The position numbers and the translations under genes are program-made. The notes beneath the pieces are model-generated. The model saw only the letters and a program-made list of their open reading frames with translations. It searched no databases and was not told where the DNA came from. From Bacillota bacterium (lineage in GTDB: Bacteria > Bacillota > Sulfobacillia > RBS10-35 > JAJYVN01), in NCBI GenBank assembly GCA_021797775.1, contig JAJZZC010000001.1, positions 3,049 to 67,048 of the forward strand: 64,000 bases of DNA, in the 5' to 3' direction. Positions 31,000-41,003 of this stretch are shown here, in pieces. Positions within the stretch are counted from its first letter, which is position 1; each line of letters opens with the position of its first letter.

Positions 31000-31746
31000 G
31001 GTCGCTCCCCCGTTCCGAACGGGCCCTGCGGACGGGCCCCCCTCCTCCCTTCGCGCCGCCGCATCCAGAACCTGCCGACCCCCTGGGGCGGCTCCAGGGG
31101 CCACCGGGCTCCGGTGGGTAGGCGCCGGAGCCGCCGGTGCCGCAGGGGGCCGCCGTGGCCGCGTCGCCGTCGCCGCCGCCCGCGGCGCGCGCGCGCCCGC
31201 ATCGGGACGGGCCGCGCGGGCGCGCCCCTCCCCCACACTGTTTTCCACCTGCCGACCGCGGGACGGCGCGGCAGTTGCCCGTCCCCGCGGCGCGGCCGTT
31301 CGGGCGGCGGCGGACCGATCCGGCGCATTCCCAGGACCCGACTCACGCTGGCGCGGCAATCCCACCCCGTCCCTCCGCCATGTCCTGGCGCTCGTGCACT
31401 GTCCATCACCTGTCGCCGCCGCCCGGTCCGCCATGCCAGCGCCCTCTACCGAAGATGGTCCCCGCGCCACGCGGCGGGGGCGGCGAAAGCCCCGTCGCGT
31501 GGCGCCCTCATGCCCCGGGTTCCACTGCCCCAGGGTCTTGGGTGCGGGCGCGGCAGCGGCCCGCCCGTAGGAGCACCGTCCTAGTCTCCACCCGAACGCC
31601 GCGCGGCATGCCTTCCCCGATGCGAGGCGCGTGACGCACCAGCGCCACCGCCCACAGCATTCCGACGGTATGATGCGCGCATGCCCGACAGCGAGCCGGC
31701 CCTCGGTTGGCGGCCCCGGACGCGCTCCACCAGCGGCGCCGGGCGG

Positions 31747-32176
31747 ATGCTCCGTGTTCGGCTGGCTGGTCCGGCGCCTTACGCCGTTGCGGCGGCTCTC
31801 GCCGTTTTGAGCCTGCGCTTGGTCACGCCGCGCGATGTCGCCTCGGTGTTCACGCTGACTTGGGACGCCACGCTGACCCTGGTCGCGCTGATGATCCTCT
31901 CCCGGCTGCTCGCCGAGGCCGGCCTCTTCCGCTGGGCGGCGTGGCGGGCGGTCCGCGCCTTCCTGTCCCAGCGTGGGCACACGGCGCCACGGGGAACGCG
32001 CCATATCGGTGGCCATGCTGGTGACGATACCGCCCGGTCACGGCGGACTGGCTGCGCTGGCTTTGCCAGGCTGGGCGAACGTCTGGCTGACCGGCCCACT
32101 GCGGCCAAGCCTGATGGGGATCGCTTCATCCGCCCGGGGGCGGAAAGGCCGCGCCCTCTGGCTGCATAGGCGCTAG
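31747..32176 (+). pseudogene. ArsB/NhaD-type transporter fragment
   Basis: WDATLTLVALMILSRLLAEAGLFRWAA matches the ArsB-family N-terminus; the frame then degenerates. Confidence 0.65.
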
Positions 32177-32242
32177 CGCCCGCGGATCCCGCACCTGGGG
32201 CTGCGGTCCCCCGCGTCGGCCCGCGGCGTGGCCCGGTTGGTG

Positions 32243-33100
32243 TCAGGGATCGGCGCCGGCAGCCCCCGGGGCGTCGAGAGGCCCGCCCGCCCACAGATCC
32301 TCGGCACGCGCCAGCGGCGCGAGCCGCTGCACCATGGGCAGGTTGGCGGCGGGCCACTCCAACGCGGCCAGGCGATCAGGTGGGAACCACCCCAGCACGT
32401 CCGCGGCGAACGGCTGCGGGTCGCCCTCCTCGATGCGGCAGGCGTAGAAGCGCAGCAGCACGGGCCCGCGCGTGTCGGGATAGGTGTAGCGGCTCTCGCC
32501 GACCAAGGGGCCCACCCGCACGCGTACCCCGAGTTCCTCCTGCAGTTCACGGGAGAGGGTTTCCTCCCAGCCTTCTCCCGCCTCCCGCTTGCCGCCTGGG
32601 AACTCCCAACGGCCGCCCATGTGGTCGCCTTGCCGCCGGCGCGCCAATAGGAAGCCGCGCGGACCGACAATCACACCTGCGGCGACCTCCAGCGGGAGTA
32701 CCCCGTCGTCCGCCCCTGGGCCTTCGGTCGGCTCCCGCGCATGCAGAGGCAGGTCAACCCGGCCGACCGACCGCCATACCGCCTCGTCCTCTTCCCACAC
32801 GCTGGCCCAGATCACCGGATCCCGCGGATAGAGGTCCGACCCCGCCTCCAGGTCGAAGCGCACATCGGCAACTTCGGCCTGCCGGAAGCGATCCGGGTCT
32901 AGGAGCCTGCGCACCACCTCGCGGGCGAGGGTTTCCGCTTCCCCGTCCGCGAGGCGGCGTTCGCCCGCCCCGTCCCGGCAATTGTGCCGGAAGACGTCGG
33001 CCAGGGCCGCCACGACGCCCGGCTCCCGCGCGGCATGCGCAACCTCCGGCGCCAGGGGGTCCTCGCCGTGAGGCCCCTCGCCGCCCATGCCCGTGGACAA
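32243..33100 (-). CDS. NUDIX hydrolase (MutT-like) with N-terminal extension
   Basis: WEFPGGKREAGE...RELQEELG Nudix box; WPAAN C-terminus. Confidence 0.88.
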   Translation of the reverse strand: MSTGMGGEGPHGEDPLAPEVAHAAREPGVVAALADVFRHNCRDGAGERRLADGEAETLAREVVRRLLDPDRFRQAEVADVRFDLEAGSDLYPRDPVIWASVWEEDEAVWRSVGRVDLPLHAREPTEGPGADDGVLPLEVAAGVIVGPRGFLLARRRQGDHMGGRWEFPGGKREAGEGWEETLSRELQEELGVRVRVGPLVGESRYTYPDTRGPVLLRFYACRIEEGDPQPFAADVLGWFPPDRLAALEWPAANLPMVQRLAPLARAEDLWAGGPLDAPGAAGADP

Positions 33101-33767
33101 CGGTACACCGTCCCTTGCTTAGGGTTGTCCCGCGGCCCGCTTGCCCGTGCCGCACGCGGCCCACCCGGAAGAGCCGTTCGTGTCCATCGCCGCGGTCGGC
33201 ACTGACGGCAGGCACTGCCAGCCGCAGGGGAGGGACGCCGCCGACCGGCGACAGTTCCCGCTCTCGGTCCCCAACCCCTGTGCCCCACAGGGCCTGACCC
33301 TATGGCATCGTTCCGGTGGGGGCCGGTCGCCCCGCTGCGCCGCACCCCACCGGCCAAAGATCGGGCGCGCGGTCGCCCGGGCCGACGCACAACCGGCCCG
33401 AGCGACCGGAGGGGTACCGGACCCCCAGGGTCCGACCGCAGGGCGCCCCGGCGGCGCGCCACCGGGTCCCCCGTCGCCACGGAGCAGACCGCTCCCGCCG
33501 CGACGACAGCGGCCAGAGACGCGGATGGTTCCGTCCCACGATTGTGGCGCAAGCAGGCTGGCTTGATCCCCGCAACGCAGCGGTCGGAGCACCGAGCGCC
33601 CGCGGGGCTCGGTGCTCCACGCGGACTTCAAGCGGCAGGGCAGAGAGGGGGCGGCTTGAGCCCTGCGGCTGGAACGCGCGGACGGCGAAATGCTGTGCGC
33701 GACGTCCTGCCCCTCAGTAGTGGGCTGCAGCCGGCGCAGCCCCGTGCCGGCGTTGTACACTGCCGGC

Positions 33768-34190
33768 ATGGAAGATACGCACTCGGCACGGCCCCGCGTC
33801 CTCGTCGTCGCGGCTGAGCTGATGGCGTCCTCCCGCGTAGAGGCCGTGCTGGCGCCCCTCGGCTGCGCGTTGCGCTTCGCTGTGCCCGCTCCGGCCGAGG
33901 TGGCGGCAGACTGTGCGACCGGTGGCTTCGCGGCCGCCGTGCTCGACTTGGCGGTGTCAGCGGAGGTCCGAGCCGCCACCCTCGCCGCCACCCTCGCAGC
34001 GGGCGTGCCGCTGATCGCCTTCGGCTCGCACGTCGAGACCGGCGTACTGGATCAGGCGCGCACGGCCGGTGCCCAGGTGCTGACGCGGGGCGAACTGGCG
34101 CGTCACCTGCCCCTGCTGCTCGCCAAGCACATCGCGGGGGCGACCGGGCTGGACTGCGCGGGCGAGGCACCTGCCACACGTCAAGCGTGA
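33768..34190 (+). CDS. stand-alone receiver-like domain protein
   Basis: VLVV...AAVLDL...PLIAFGSHVE...ARTAGAQVLTR pattern. TACACT lies 6 nt before the ATG, so it may be leaderless. Confidence 0.75.
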   Translation: MEDTHSARPRVLVVAAELMASSRVEAVLAPLGCALRFAVPAPAEVAADCATGGFAAAVLDLAVSAEVRAATLAATLAAGVPLIAFGSHVETGVLDQARTAGAQVLTRGELARHLPLLLAKHIAGATGLDCAGEAPATRQA

Positions 34191-34436
34191 GCCGCGCGGC
34201 ACCCCGGTGCCAGCAGACGTGGCCCGGATCCGGGGGAACGGCTAGGCGCGGGCGGCCGCCCGCAGGCTCCAGGCTCTTCGGCCGCGTGACGGGTGCCAAC
34301 CGGCACCCGGCCGCACCGGACCTCGACATGGCGGTGGCCCGATCGACCGAGCCCTGACCGGCCAGTGTCCCGGTACGAGGTCCCCGGAGCGGCCAAAGGA
34401 CAAGCGCCCGACGCCACGGCGCACACCCGGGACGGT

Positions 34437-35819
34437 CTAGGGCTTGCCCCCGTTGCCCGCGGGGTTGTACCCCGGTGCGGTGCCCTCCGGGCTCAGGGAC
34501 GGGGTCACGGTGATGACGCCGGAGGCGTCGAACAGCTGCCCGGGCCGCGTGCCGGCCACGCCGGTTTGACCGTACTGCCAGACGATCCGCCCGCTCGTGG
34601 GGCCGGTCGGCTGCACGACGATGATGCGGTCATTGTGGTCGTCACAGATCAGCACGTCGCCGTTCTCCAGTAACTGGGCCGAAGAAGGGTGGTTCAGCGC
34701 CTGGGCTCCGGTAGGCGTGTAGGCCCAGCGGACGTGGCCGTGCGGTCCAAAGAGGTAGATGTGGCCCGGATGCACCCAGTCGGCGACCAGCAGCGAGCCG
34801 TCCGGCATCTTGAGGGTGTCGGAGGGGTATTGCAGCGGAAACGCCATCCGCCAGAGGATACGGCCGGACGGGCTCACCTCCTGCACAGAGTGGCTGTTCG
34901 CTACCGCGTTGTTGCCGACGTTGGTAATCAGCACATTGCCGTCGGCTTGGGGGACATCGTCGTTGGGGCCGATGAGGTAGCCGGGGATCGTGCCGGGGAC
35001 GCCGATGTGTGTGCTCGGGGCCACCGTCCCATACTGCCAGACGACCTGACCCGAGGGGGTGACGACCAGCACGCGTTGGTTGTTGGCATCGTCGATCAGC
35101 ACGTCGTGATTCGGCAACATGTAGGAGTCGTCCGGGTTGTTGATGTAGCCGGTCCCGGTCAGTGTGGCGGCCCGCGGCCCCAGCGAGGGCTTGCCCAGGT
35201 GCCCGTACGACCAGGTGATCGCCTTGGTGCGCATGTCAATCGCCACCACGCGGTTGTAGCTTTCCTGGTTGACAAGCAGCTTGCCGGGCGCGTACACCTG
35301 GATGTCGTCCGGGTCCTGGATCCCCTTGAGCTCCCACACGATCTTCTTCTTGACGTTGACCTCGATAATGCGATTGGCCTTGCCATCGGCGATGAGGATG
35401 TTGGCAGGCAGCGGGCCCGCCGCGGGGTTGGGACGGACGTAGGGCTCCAACTCGTACACCCCGTCCACCGTCTTGCCGAGGTGCGTGCTCATCTGCTGCG
35501 TGGTCGCCTCAATCCACGGCACGTGGCTCTTCGCCAGTTGGGTCGGGTCGAAGGCCACCGAGCCCGGAAAGGCCGACGGGGCGGCGGTGGTCGTGGGGGT
35601 CGTTACGGGCGTCTGCGGCGCGCCGCCGCCAGAAGCCTGGCGGGTGGAGCCGGGCGCGTCGGCGGCGCGGGACGCGACATGGCCGCTTCCGGCCGACGGC
35701 GCGCTGGTGGCCACCGCGCCGCAACCGGCGGCCAGCACCAGCAGGGATGCGCACGGGATCAGGGCGGCCGCGGCGCGCGCGCGCCGGGCGCGGTCGCGAG
35801 GCTGCTCTCCTGGAGTCAA
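34437..35819 (-). CDS. beta-propeller (NHL/PQQ-like repeat) lipoprotein
   Basis: LAAGC lipobox, Ala/Thr/Pro linker, repeated blades (ILIADG..NRIIEV..IVW; PDD; LIDD..N.RV..V...G.VVWQYG); start TTG after GGAGG. Confidence 0.85.
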   Translation of the reverse strand: MTPGEQPRDRARRARAAAALIPCASLLVLAAGCGAVATSAPSAGSGHVASRAADAPGSTRQASGGGAPQTPVTTPTTTAAPSAFPGSVAFDPTQLAKSHVPWIEATTQQMSTHLGKTVDGVYELEPYVRPNPAAGPLPANILIADGKANRIIEVNVKKKIVWELKGIQDPDDIQVYAPGKLLVNQESYNRVVAIDMRTKAITWSYGHLGKPSLGPRAATLTGTGYINNPDDSYMLPNHDVLIDDANNQRVLVVTPSGQVVWQYGTVAPSTHIGVPGTIPGYLIGPNDDVPQADGNVLITNVGNNAVANSHSVQEVSPSGRILWRMAFPLQYPSDTLKMPDGSLLVADWVHPGHIYLFGPHGHVRWAYTPTGAQALNHPSSAQLLENGDVLICDDHNDRIIVVQPTGPTSGRIVWQYGQTGVAGTRPGQLFDASGVITVTPSLSPEGTAPGYNPAGNGGKP

Positions 35820-36250
35820 GCCGTCGACCTCCGTATAGCCGTCTCGCCTTGGCGGCTCGCATCCGCCGCAACGGGCGCAAGAGCGCGGCCCCGGGCGGCA
35901 GGCGCCGCCCGCACGGACGCCGCCGGCTGCATCCACCATGGCACCCTGCGACACTACCATGCCTGTCCCCGGAGCGCAAAAGGCCACATTGCGACAGCGT
36001 TGCTGCTCTCTGGCGACCCAGCCGGCGCGAGGGACTCCCCAAGCCGGCGGGCCAGGCGCCACCCGCCCCGGTGGGTCCGCCCGTGCCCGTGGGGCCCGAG
36101 CGCCCCCCCCCCGCAACCGCTCCCGGTCGCGGCCGCAAGAGCCACCCACGGATGGGTTAGGGGACCCCAAGATCCCATCATGCGGCTCCGGCGCCGCGGA
36201 CCAGGCACAGTGGACGGCGATCTCCAGGGAACCGGTCATGGCATGCTGGA

Positions 36251-37477
36251 TCAGCCGCCCAGGTGGAGCCAGAGCACCCGCGCGCGCTGGAACACCCCCA
36301 GCGCGGCCATACAGGCGACCAGGAAGCCCAGGGTGCAGGCCAGCAACGCGCAGGACCGCTCCACGGTGGTGGCCCACGGCCACCACGGCACGGCACCGGC
36401 GACGCGAGCCAACGCCGGCACCGCCGCTGCCGTGCGGGCCCACGCGGGGTTCCAGAACCAGAAGGTCAGCGCGCCGGCGAGCAACGCGTGCAACATGCGG
36501 GCGAACACATAGGGCCGCATCGACAGCCCCGTGCCTTGGGTCACGGCGGCCACCTGGGCCAGGACGGAGATACCGCTCCAAGCGATAATGGCGTTGGCAA
36601 CCATGAGACGCTGCAGCAACGGCCCGCCGGCCTCGCTCGCCGCCTTGACGCCAATGGTGATCTCAAAGAACCCGCTGACCAGCGCCGCGGCGCCGCGGGC
36701 GCTCACCCCGATCGGTCGGAGCACGACGGCCAGGGCCGATGCCATCACACCCACCGCGCCAGCGCGCGCCAAGACGTCGATGATGACGGCGAAGAGAATG
36801 ATCAGCCCGCCCACCAGCAGCAGGGTTTGAACGGAGTCGCGCACGGCGTCACCCAGCACCTGCCCAAAGGGGCGCCCATCACGTTGGCGCGCCGCGAGCA
36901 GCTCCGCCGTGGCGCGGCGGACGATGCCTTCCCGTCCCTCCGCGTTCCTGTCCGGGCTGCGCTCGCTCGCACGGTGGAAGCGGAGCACCAGGCCCGTCCC
37001 GAGGGCGGCCAGGTAGTGGCTGGCCATGATGGCACCGGCGAGCTGCGGGCTATGGAAGAAACCGACCGCCACCGCGCCTGCCATGAATAGCGGATCAGCC
37101 GTATTACAAAAACTCATCAAGCGCTCGCCCTCGGCGACGTGCAACTGCCCTTCGCGCAGCAGCTTCGCGGTCAGCACGGCGCCGATAGGATAGCCAGAGG
37201 CCAGTCCCATGGCGACCACGAAGGCTCCGACCCCCGGCACGTTGAAGAGCGGGCGCATGAACCGTTCCAGCAGGACCCCGAGAAAGTGGACGACACCCAG
37301 AGCCATCAGCACTTGGCCGGCGATGAAGAACGGCAGCAGGGCGGGGAAGACCACGAACCACCAGATGCGCAGCCCGCGCAGCGCGGAGCGGAAGGCGAGG
37401 TCCGGGTAGAGGACGAGGCAGACGGTCATGGCCACCGCGACTCCGGCCACCAGCAAGTCGGAACGGTTCGCCCGCAC
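36251..37477 (-). CDS. ylbJ: sporulation integral membrane protein YlbJ
   Basis: VFPALLPFF, MRPLFNVPG, GLASGYPIGA, EGERLMSF, FFEITIG, AWSGISVLAQV. Confidence 0.93.
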   Translation of the reverse strand: MRANRSDLLVAGVAVAMTVCLVLYPDLAFRSALRGLRIWWFVVFPALLPFFIAGQVLMALGVVHFLGVLLERFMRPLFNVPGVGAFVVAMGLASGYPIGAVLTAKLLREGQLHVAEGERLMSFCNTADPLFMAGAVAVGFFHSPQLAGAIMASHYLAALGTGLVLRFHRASERSPDRNAEGREGIVRRATAELLAARQRDGRPFGQVLGDAVRDSVQTLLLVGGLIILFAVIIDVLARAGAVGVMASALAVVLRPIGVSARGAAALVSGFFEITIGVKAASEAGGPLLQRLMVANAIIAWSGISVLAQVAAVTQGTGLSMRPYVFARMLHALLAGALTFWFWNPAWARTAAAVPALARVAGAVPWWPWATTVERSCALLACTLGFLVACMAALGVFQRARVLWLHLGG

Positions 37478-38426
37478 TGGACAGGCCTCCCGCCCTGCGG
37501 CGCGCTCGTGGCGGGCCTGCCCGCCACGCGGCCGGCATCCAGTGCTATGCCCGGGACCATCCCCGTAGAGACGCCGGCTTCCCGCGACACGCCGACCTCG
37601 GGGGTGGCGGCGGCGCAGCGACGTGGGCGCCGGACGGGCAGCCACGCCGGCGGCCGCACCCGGAGCGCTACCCCCTGCAGGGCGGCCGGCACCCGCAAGA
37701 ACGACGCCACCCCGATAAGCGGTACCGGGCCACGTCACTCTCAGCGGCTGGCCTATACGACGGCGATTGCCGGGCACGTCAGCCACCAGGGCGTACATCG
37801 GCCGGGAGGTGCTCAGAGGTAAAGAGGCGCGCGTGTGCCCGGTGGGGCCCCCACAGGCGCCGCCCAGGCGCCTCCAAGGACCATCACATCGCATCGGGGG
37901 GGTGTGCACCCGCGCCCCGGCGGGGCCACCGTCCCCTGGGCAAAGACACCGCCCCGCTCAGCGGGACAGGACTGTGACGCTCCTGGCGAACAGCTTGAGC
38001 TTCAGGGCATGGCAGGGAGCGGGCGAAACGGGAGCGGACGTGCGCCCGTGGATTGCGGGCTGGACGCCCCCGTCGCCGCCGCCAGCGGAACCGCCTGTGG
38101 CCCAAGCCGGTGGGGCGCAGGCGCGGGCGCGGGCAACCGGCGCGCCGCGCCTGCCGGGAACTCGGCACGGCGCCGCCACGGCCAAGGGCCTCCCGGCAGC
38201 GCCCCCTCCGAAGCAAAATTCGACTGCAGGACTCCGCCGCACGACAGCGAATAGCCGCAATCGCCTCTGTAGCATTTTTTGCCTGTGCGGGCACGAAGGG
38301 GGATCATGAGCGGGGTTAGAGCCGAGTCGGCCAGGTTCATCCGACCACCGCGGGATCACGGCCCTGAGCGAAGCGGTTGTCGTCCCTTAGACGAGCCCCA
38401 AGCATGCGGTAGAGGGGGTGTCGCAC

Positions 38427-38534
38427 ATGAAGATGGTAAGGCTGCTCCGGGTGATGTTCCTCGTCGCCGGTGTGCTGGCGGTCGTAGCCGCTGGGCACCC
38501 GGGCCCGTTCGACATTTGGATTCCCGGCCTGTAG
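38427..38534 (+). CDS. 35-aa putative exported signalling peptide precursor
   Basis: AGAGGGGGTG RBS; MKMVRLLRVMFLVAGVLAVVAAGHPGPFDIWIPGL*, with a basic n-region, a hydrophobic h-region and a polar/aromatic tail. Below the ORF-track size cutoff. Confidence 0.7.
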   Translation: MKMVRLLRVMFLVAGVLAVVAAGHPGPFDIWIPGL

Positions 38535-38601
38535 GGGTCCGCCCGAATTTCCGCGGGGTCGGTATTTTTCGGACATCGCTCTGGCGAGGGAGCGCAACGC
38601 G

Positions 38602-39882
38602 GTGGGCGACCGGCGTGCCAAGGTGGCATTCAACGGTTTGGCCGTCTTGCTGTGGTTGGGCGTAGTTGTGGCGTTCCTCGGTTCGCCGCCCTGGGCCCCT
38701 GGCAGCCTGCTCCTGCTGGCGGTGTTCGCCGCCGCGACAGCCCTGTTCACCGGCCTGCGCGTCCGCATGGGCCGCTTCGATGTCTCCAGCGCGGCGCTGG
38801 TCGGTTACATCTCCATCGCCGTCATCGGCCCCCGCGCCGCCGCGCTCGTCAAGCTCGCCAGCGGGCTCGGCATGGCGTGGGACAACGGGCGCGGCATGTC
38901 TGGGCCCCGCACCAGCCTGCGGTGGTTCGCCTACCAGGCGCCGACGGCCATGCTGATGACGCTGCTGGCCGGCATCGCCTACGTGGCGCTAGGCGGTCCC
39001 GTGGGCCCCACGCCCCACAGGGGTCCCGGCTGGATCCTGCCCTACCTGGTGATGGAGGTCGTCTACACCCTGGTCAACGTCGCCGTCCTCTCCCTGCAGG
39101 CGGCCTGCAAGGAATGGCGCCGTCCCACCGGGTTTGCGCGCGACCTCCTGCGCCGGGTCGGCGCCAGCGTTGGCGTCTTCGCCGTGGTCGGCGTCGTGCT
39201 GCAGTCCATGTACTACCAACTGGGCCCCATCAGCCTGGCCTTCATGGTGGGCCTGCTACTACTGGCCCGCCTGGTCGTGCGGCTGTACGCCGAGAACCAG
39301 GATGTCGTCTCCGAGATGTCCTCCACCCTGGCGCGCATGCTGACGATGCGCGACCCGTACACCGGGGGGCATTCCCGCCGCGTCGCCGACCTAGCGGTCA
39401 CCATCGGCCGCGTCCTCGGCCTCACGGACGCCCAGCTCGAACGGCTGCGCAATTCCGCCTTGGTGCACGACATCGGTAAGGTGGCGGTGCCGGACGCGGT
39501 GCTGCGCAAGCCGGGCCCCCTCGATCCCGACGAATGGGTCTCCATGGACGTGCACGTGGAGGCGGGCGGCGAACTCCTGGAACACTCGCCCCACCTGCGC
39601 CACCTGGCCGAATACGTGCGTGGCCACCACGTCGACTACGGGGCGAGCGAGCCCCAAGGAACCGGCGCGGTCCGCGGTCTCCCGCTGGAGGCCCGCATCA
39701 TCGCGGTGGCCGACGCATTCGACGCGATGACCAGCGACCGCCCCTACCGCAACGCCCTCCCCGTGGCGGAGGCCGTGCGCCGACTACGCGCAGGATGCGG
39801 CTCGCAGTTCGACCCCGCGTGCGTGGACGGGCTCGTACGGGGGCTTGGCCTGGGTAGCGTCCCTGGTCCCGCGCCTCACTGA
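38602..39882 (+). CDS. membrane-sensor HD-GYP-like phosphohydrolase
   Basis: About 6-7 N-terminal TM segments; RDPYTGGHSRRV, HDIGK, LRKPGPL, ARIIAVADAFDAMTSDRPYR, GSQFDP. Confidence 0.92.
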   Translation: MGDRRAKVAFNGLAVLLWLGVVVAFLGSPPWAPGSLLLLAVFAAATALFTGLRVRMGRFDVSSAALVGYISIAVIGPRAAALVKLASGLGMAWDNGRGMSGPRTSLRWFAYQAPTAMLMTLLAGIAYVALGGPVGPTPHRGPGWILPYLVMEVVYTLVNVAVLSLQAACKEWRRPTGFARDLLRRVGASVGVFAVVGVVLQSMYYQLGPISLAFMVGLLLLARLVVRLYAENQDVVSEMSSTLARMLTMRDPYTGGHSRRVADLAVTIGRVLGLTDAQLERLRNSALVHDIGKVAVPDAVLRKPGPLDPDEWVSMDVHVEAGGELLEHSPHLRHLAEYVRGHHVDYGASEPQGTGAVRGLPLEARIIAVADAFDAMTSDRPYRNALPVAEAVRRLRAGCGSQFDPACVDGLVRGLGLGSVPGPAPH

Positions 39883-39910
39883 TCCCTGCTGCACTCTTCC
39901 CGGCTATCCG

Positions 39911-40447
39911 CTAGCCGGCGGGGCGCCGGGATGGTTGCGGTTGTTCGGCGAGATCCGTACGCTGGGCCGGCGTCTCCTCTCCGGCGGCAGCCGCCTGTCC
40001 CATACCCAGTTCCTCGCGCCCCTGACGAATGACGGCGACCGCCTTCATCATGTGCGACTCCACGCGCTCCATGAGTTCATCGGCGTAGTCGCGGGCGGCC
40101 AACCGGATCTCTCTGCTCACGCGCCGGGCCTCCTCCATGACCCGGTCCGCCTCCTCCTGTGCCTTCTGGGTGATGGCCGACTCCCGCGCCATCTTCTCCG
40201 CGTAGACCCGCGACTCGTTGATGAGCGCGTCACCCTCCTCGCGGGCCTGTTGCAGCAGACGATCACGCTCGCGGTTGACCTTTTGCGCCTGATGCAGGGC
40301 TTCGGGAATGGATTGGCGGAGGCGGTCGATGATCTCGAACACCTCCTGTTCGTTGACCATGAGCCTGCCGGTCAACGGGATACGGCTGGAATCGGCCAGG
40401 TACCCCTCCAGCTCGTCGAGCAACGCAAGAAGGTCCTGCTCACCCAT
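39911..40447 (-). CDS. conserved coiled-coil protein downstream of coaD (DivIVA/ATP synthase b-like)
   Basis: LLDELE...IPLTGRLMV...IDRLRQSIPEAL...RDYADE; usual neighbour of coaD. Confidence 0.85.
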   Translation of the reverse strand: MGEQDLLALLDELEGYLADSSRIPLTGRLMVNEQEVFEIIDRLRQSIPEALHQAQKVNRERDRLLQQAREEGDALINESRVYAEKMARESAITQKAQEEADRVMEEARRVSREIRLAARDYADELMERVESHMMKAVAVIRQGREELGMGQAAAAGEETPAQRTDLAEQPQPSRRPAG

Positions 40448-40498
40448 CCCCAGCCATTCCCCCGCTTCGGTGTCCGACGTTGCTTGGGTGCCATGGCG

Positions 40499-40990
40499 TC
40501 AGTTCCGCGCCGTGCCGAATTTCTCCCTCAGGCGGCAGCTGACGTGATCGGGGACGAGGCCGGAGATGTCGCCGCCCCAGCGGGCCACTTCCTTTACCAG
40601 CGACGAACTGAGAAACGAGTGCGCCGGGCGCGTCATCATGAAGAGGGTCTCCAGCTCCGCATAGAGCTGCTTGTTCATCTCCGCCATGGCCAGCTCGTAC
40701 TCGAAGTCAGAAACCGCCCGCAGCCCCCGTAGCACGATGCGGATCCCCCGGTCCCGCGCGTAGGCCGTGAGCAAGCCCGATGCGGCCTCGACGCGCACGT
40801 TGGGTAGGTGCGCGGTGGCTACGCGCAGCATGTCCACCCGTTCAGCCGCCGTGAAGAGGGGCGACTTCCCCATATTGGTAAACACAGCAACATACAGCAG
40901 ATCGACGACGGGCGCCGCCCGCTCAATGACGTCCAGGTGCCCGTTGGTCACCGGATCAAAGCTGCCCGGGCAAAGAGCCGAGCCCTGCAC
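40499..40990 (-). CDS. coaD: pantetheine-phosphate adenylyltransferase
   Basis: PGSFDPVTNGHLD, RGLRAVSDFEYE, SSSLVKEVA. Confidence 0.97.
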   Translation of the reverse strand: MQGSALCPGSFDPVTNGHLDVIERAAPVVDLLYVAVFTNMGKSPLFTAAERVDMLRVATAHLPNVRVEAASGLLTAYARDRGIRIVLRGLRAVSDFEYELAMAEMNKQLYAELETLFMMTRPAHSFLSSSLVKEVARWGGDISGLVPDHVSCRLREKFGTARN

Positions 40991-41003
40991 AGTGGCCCTC
41001 TTT

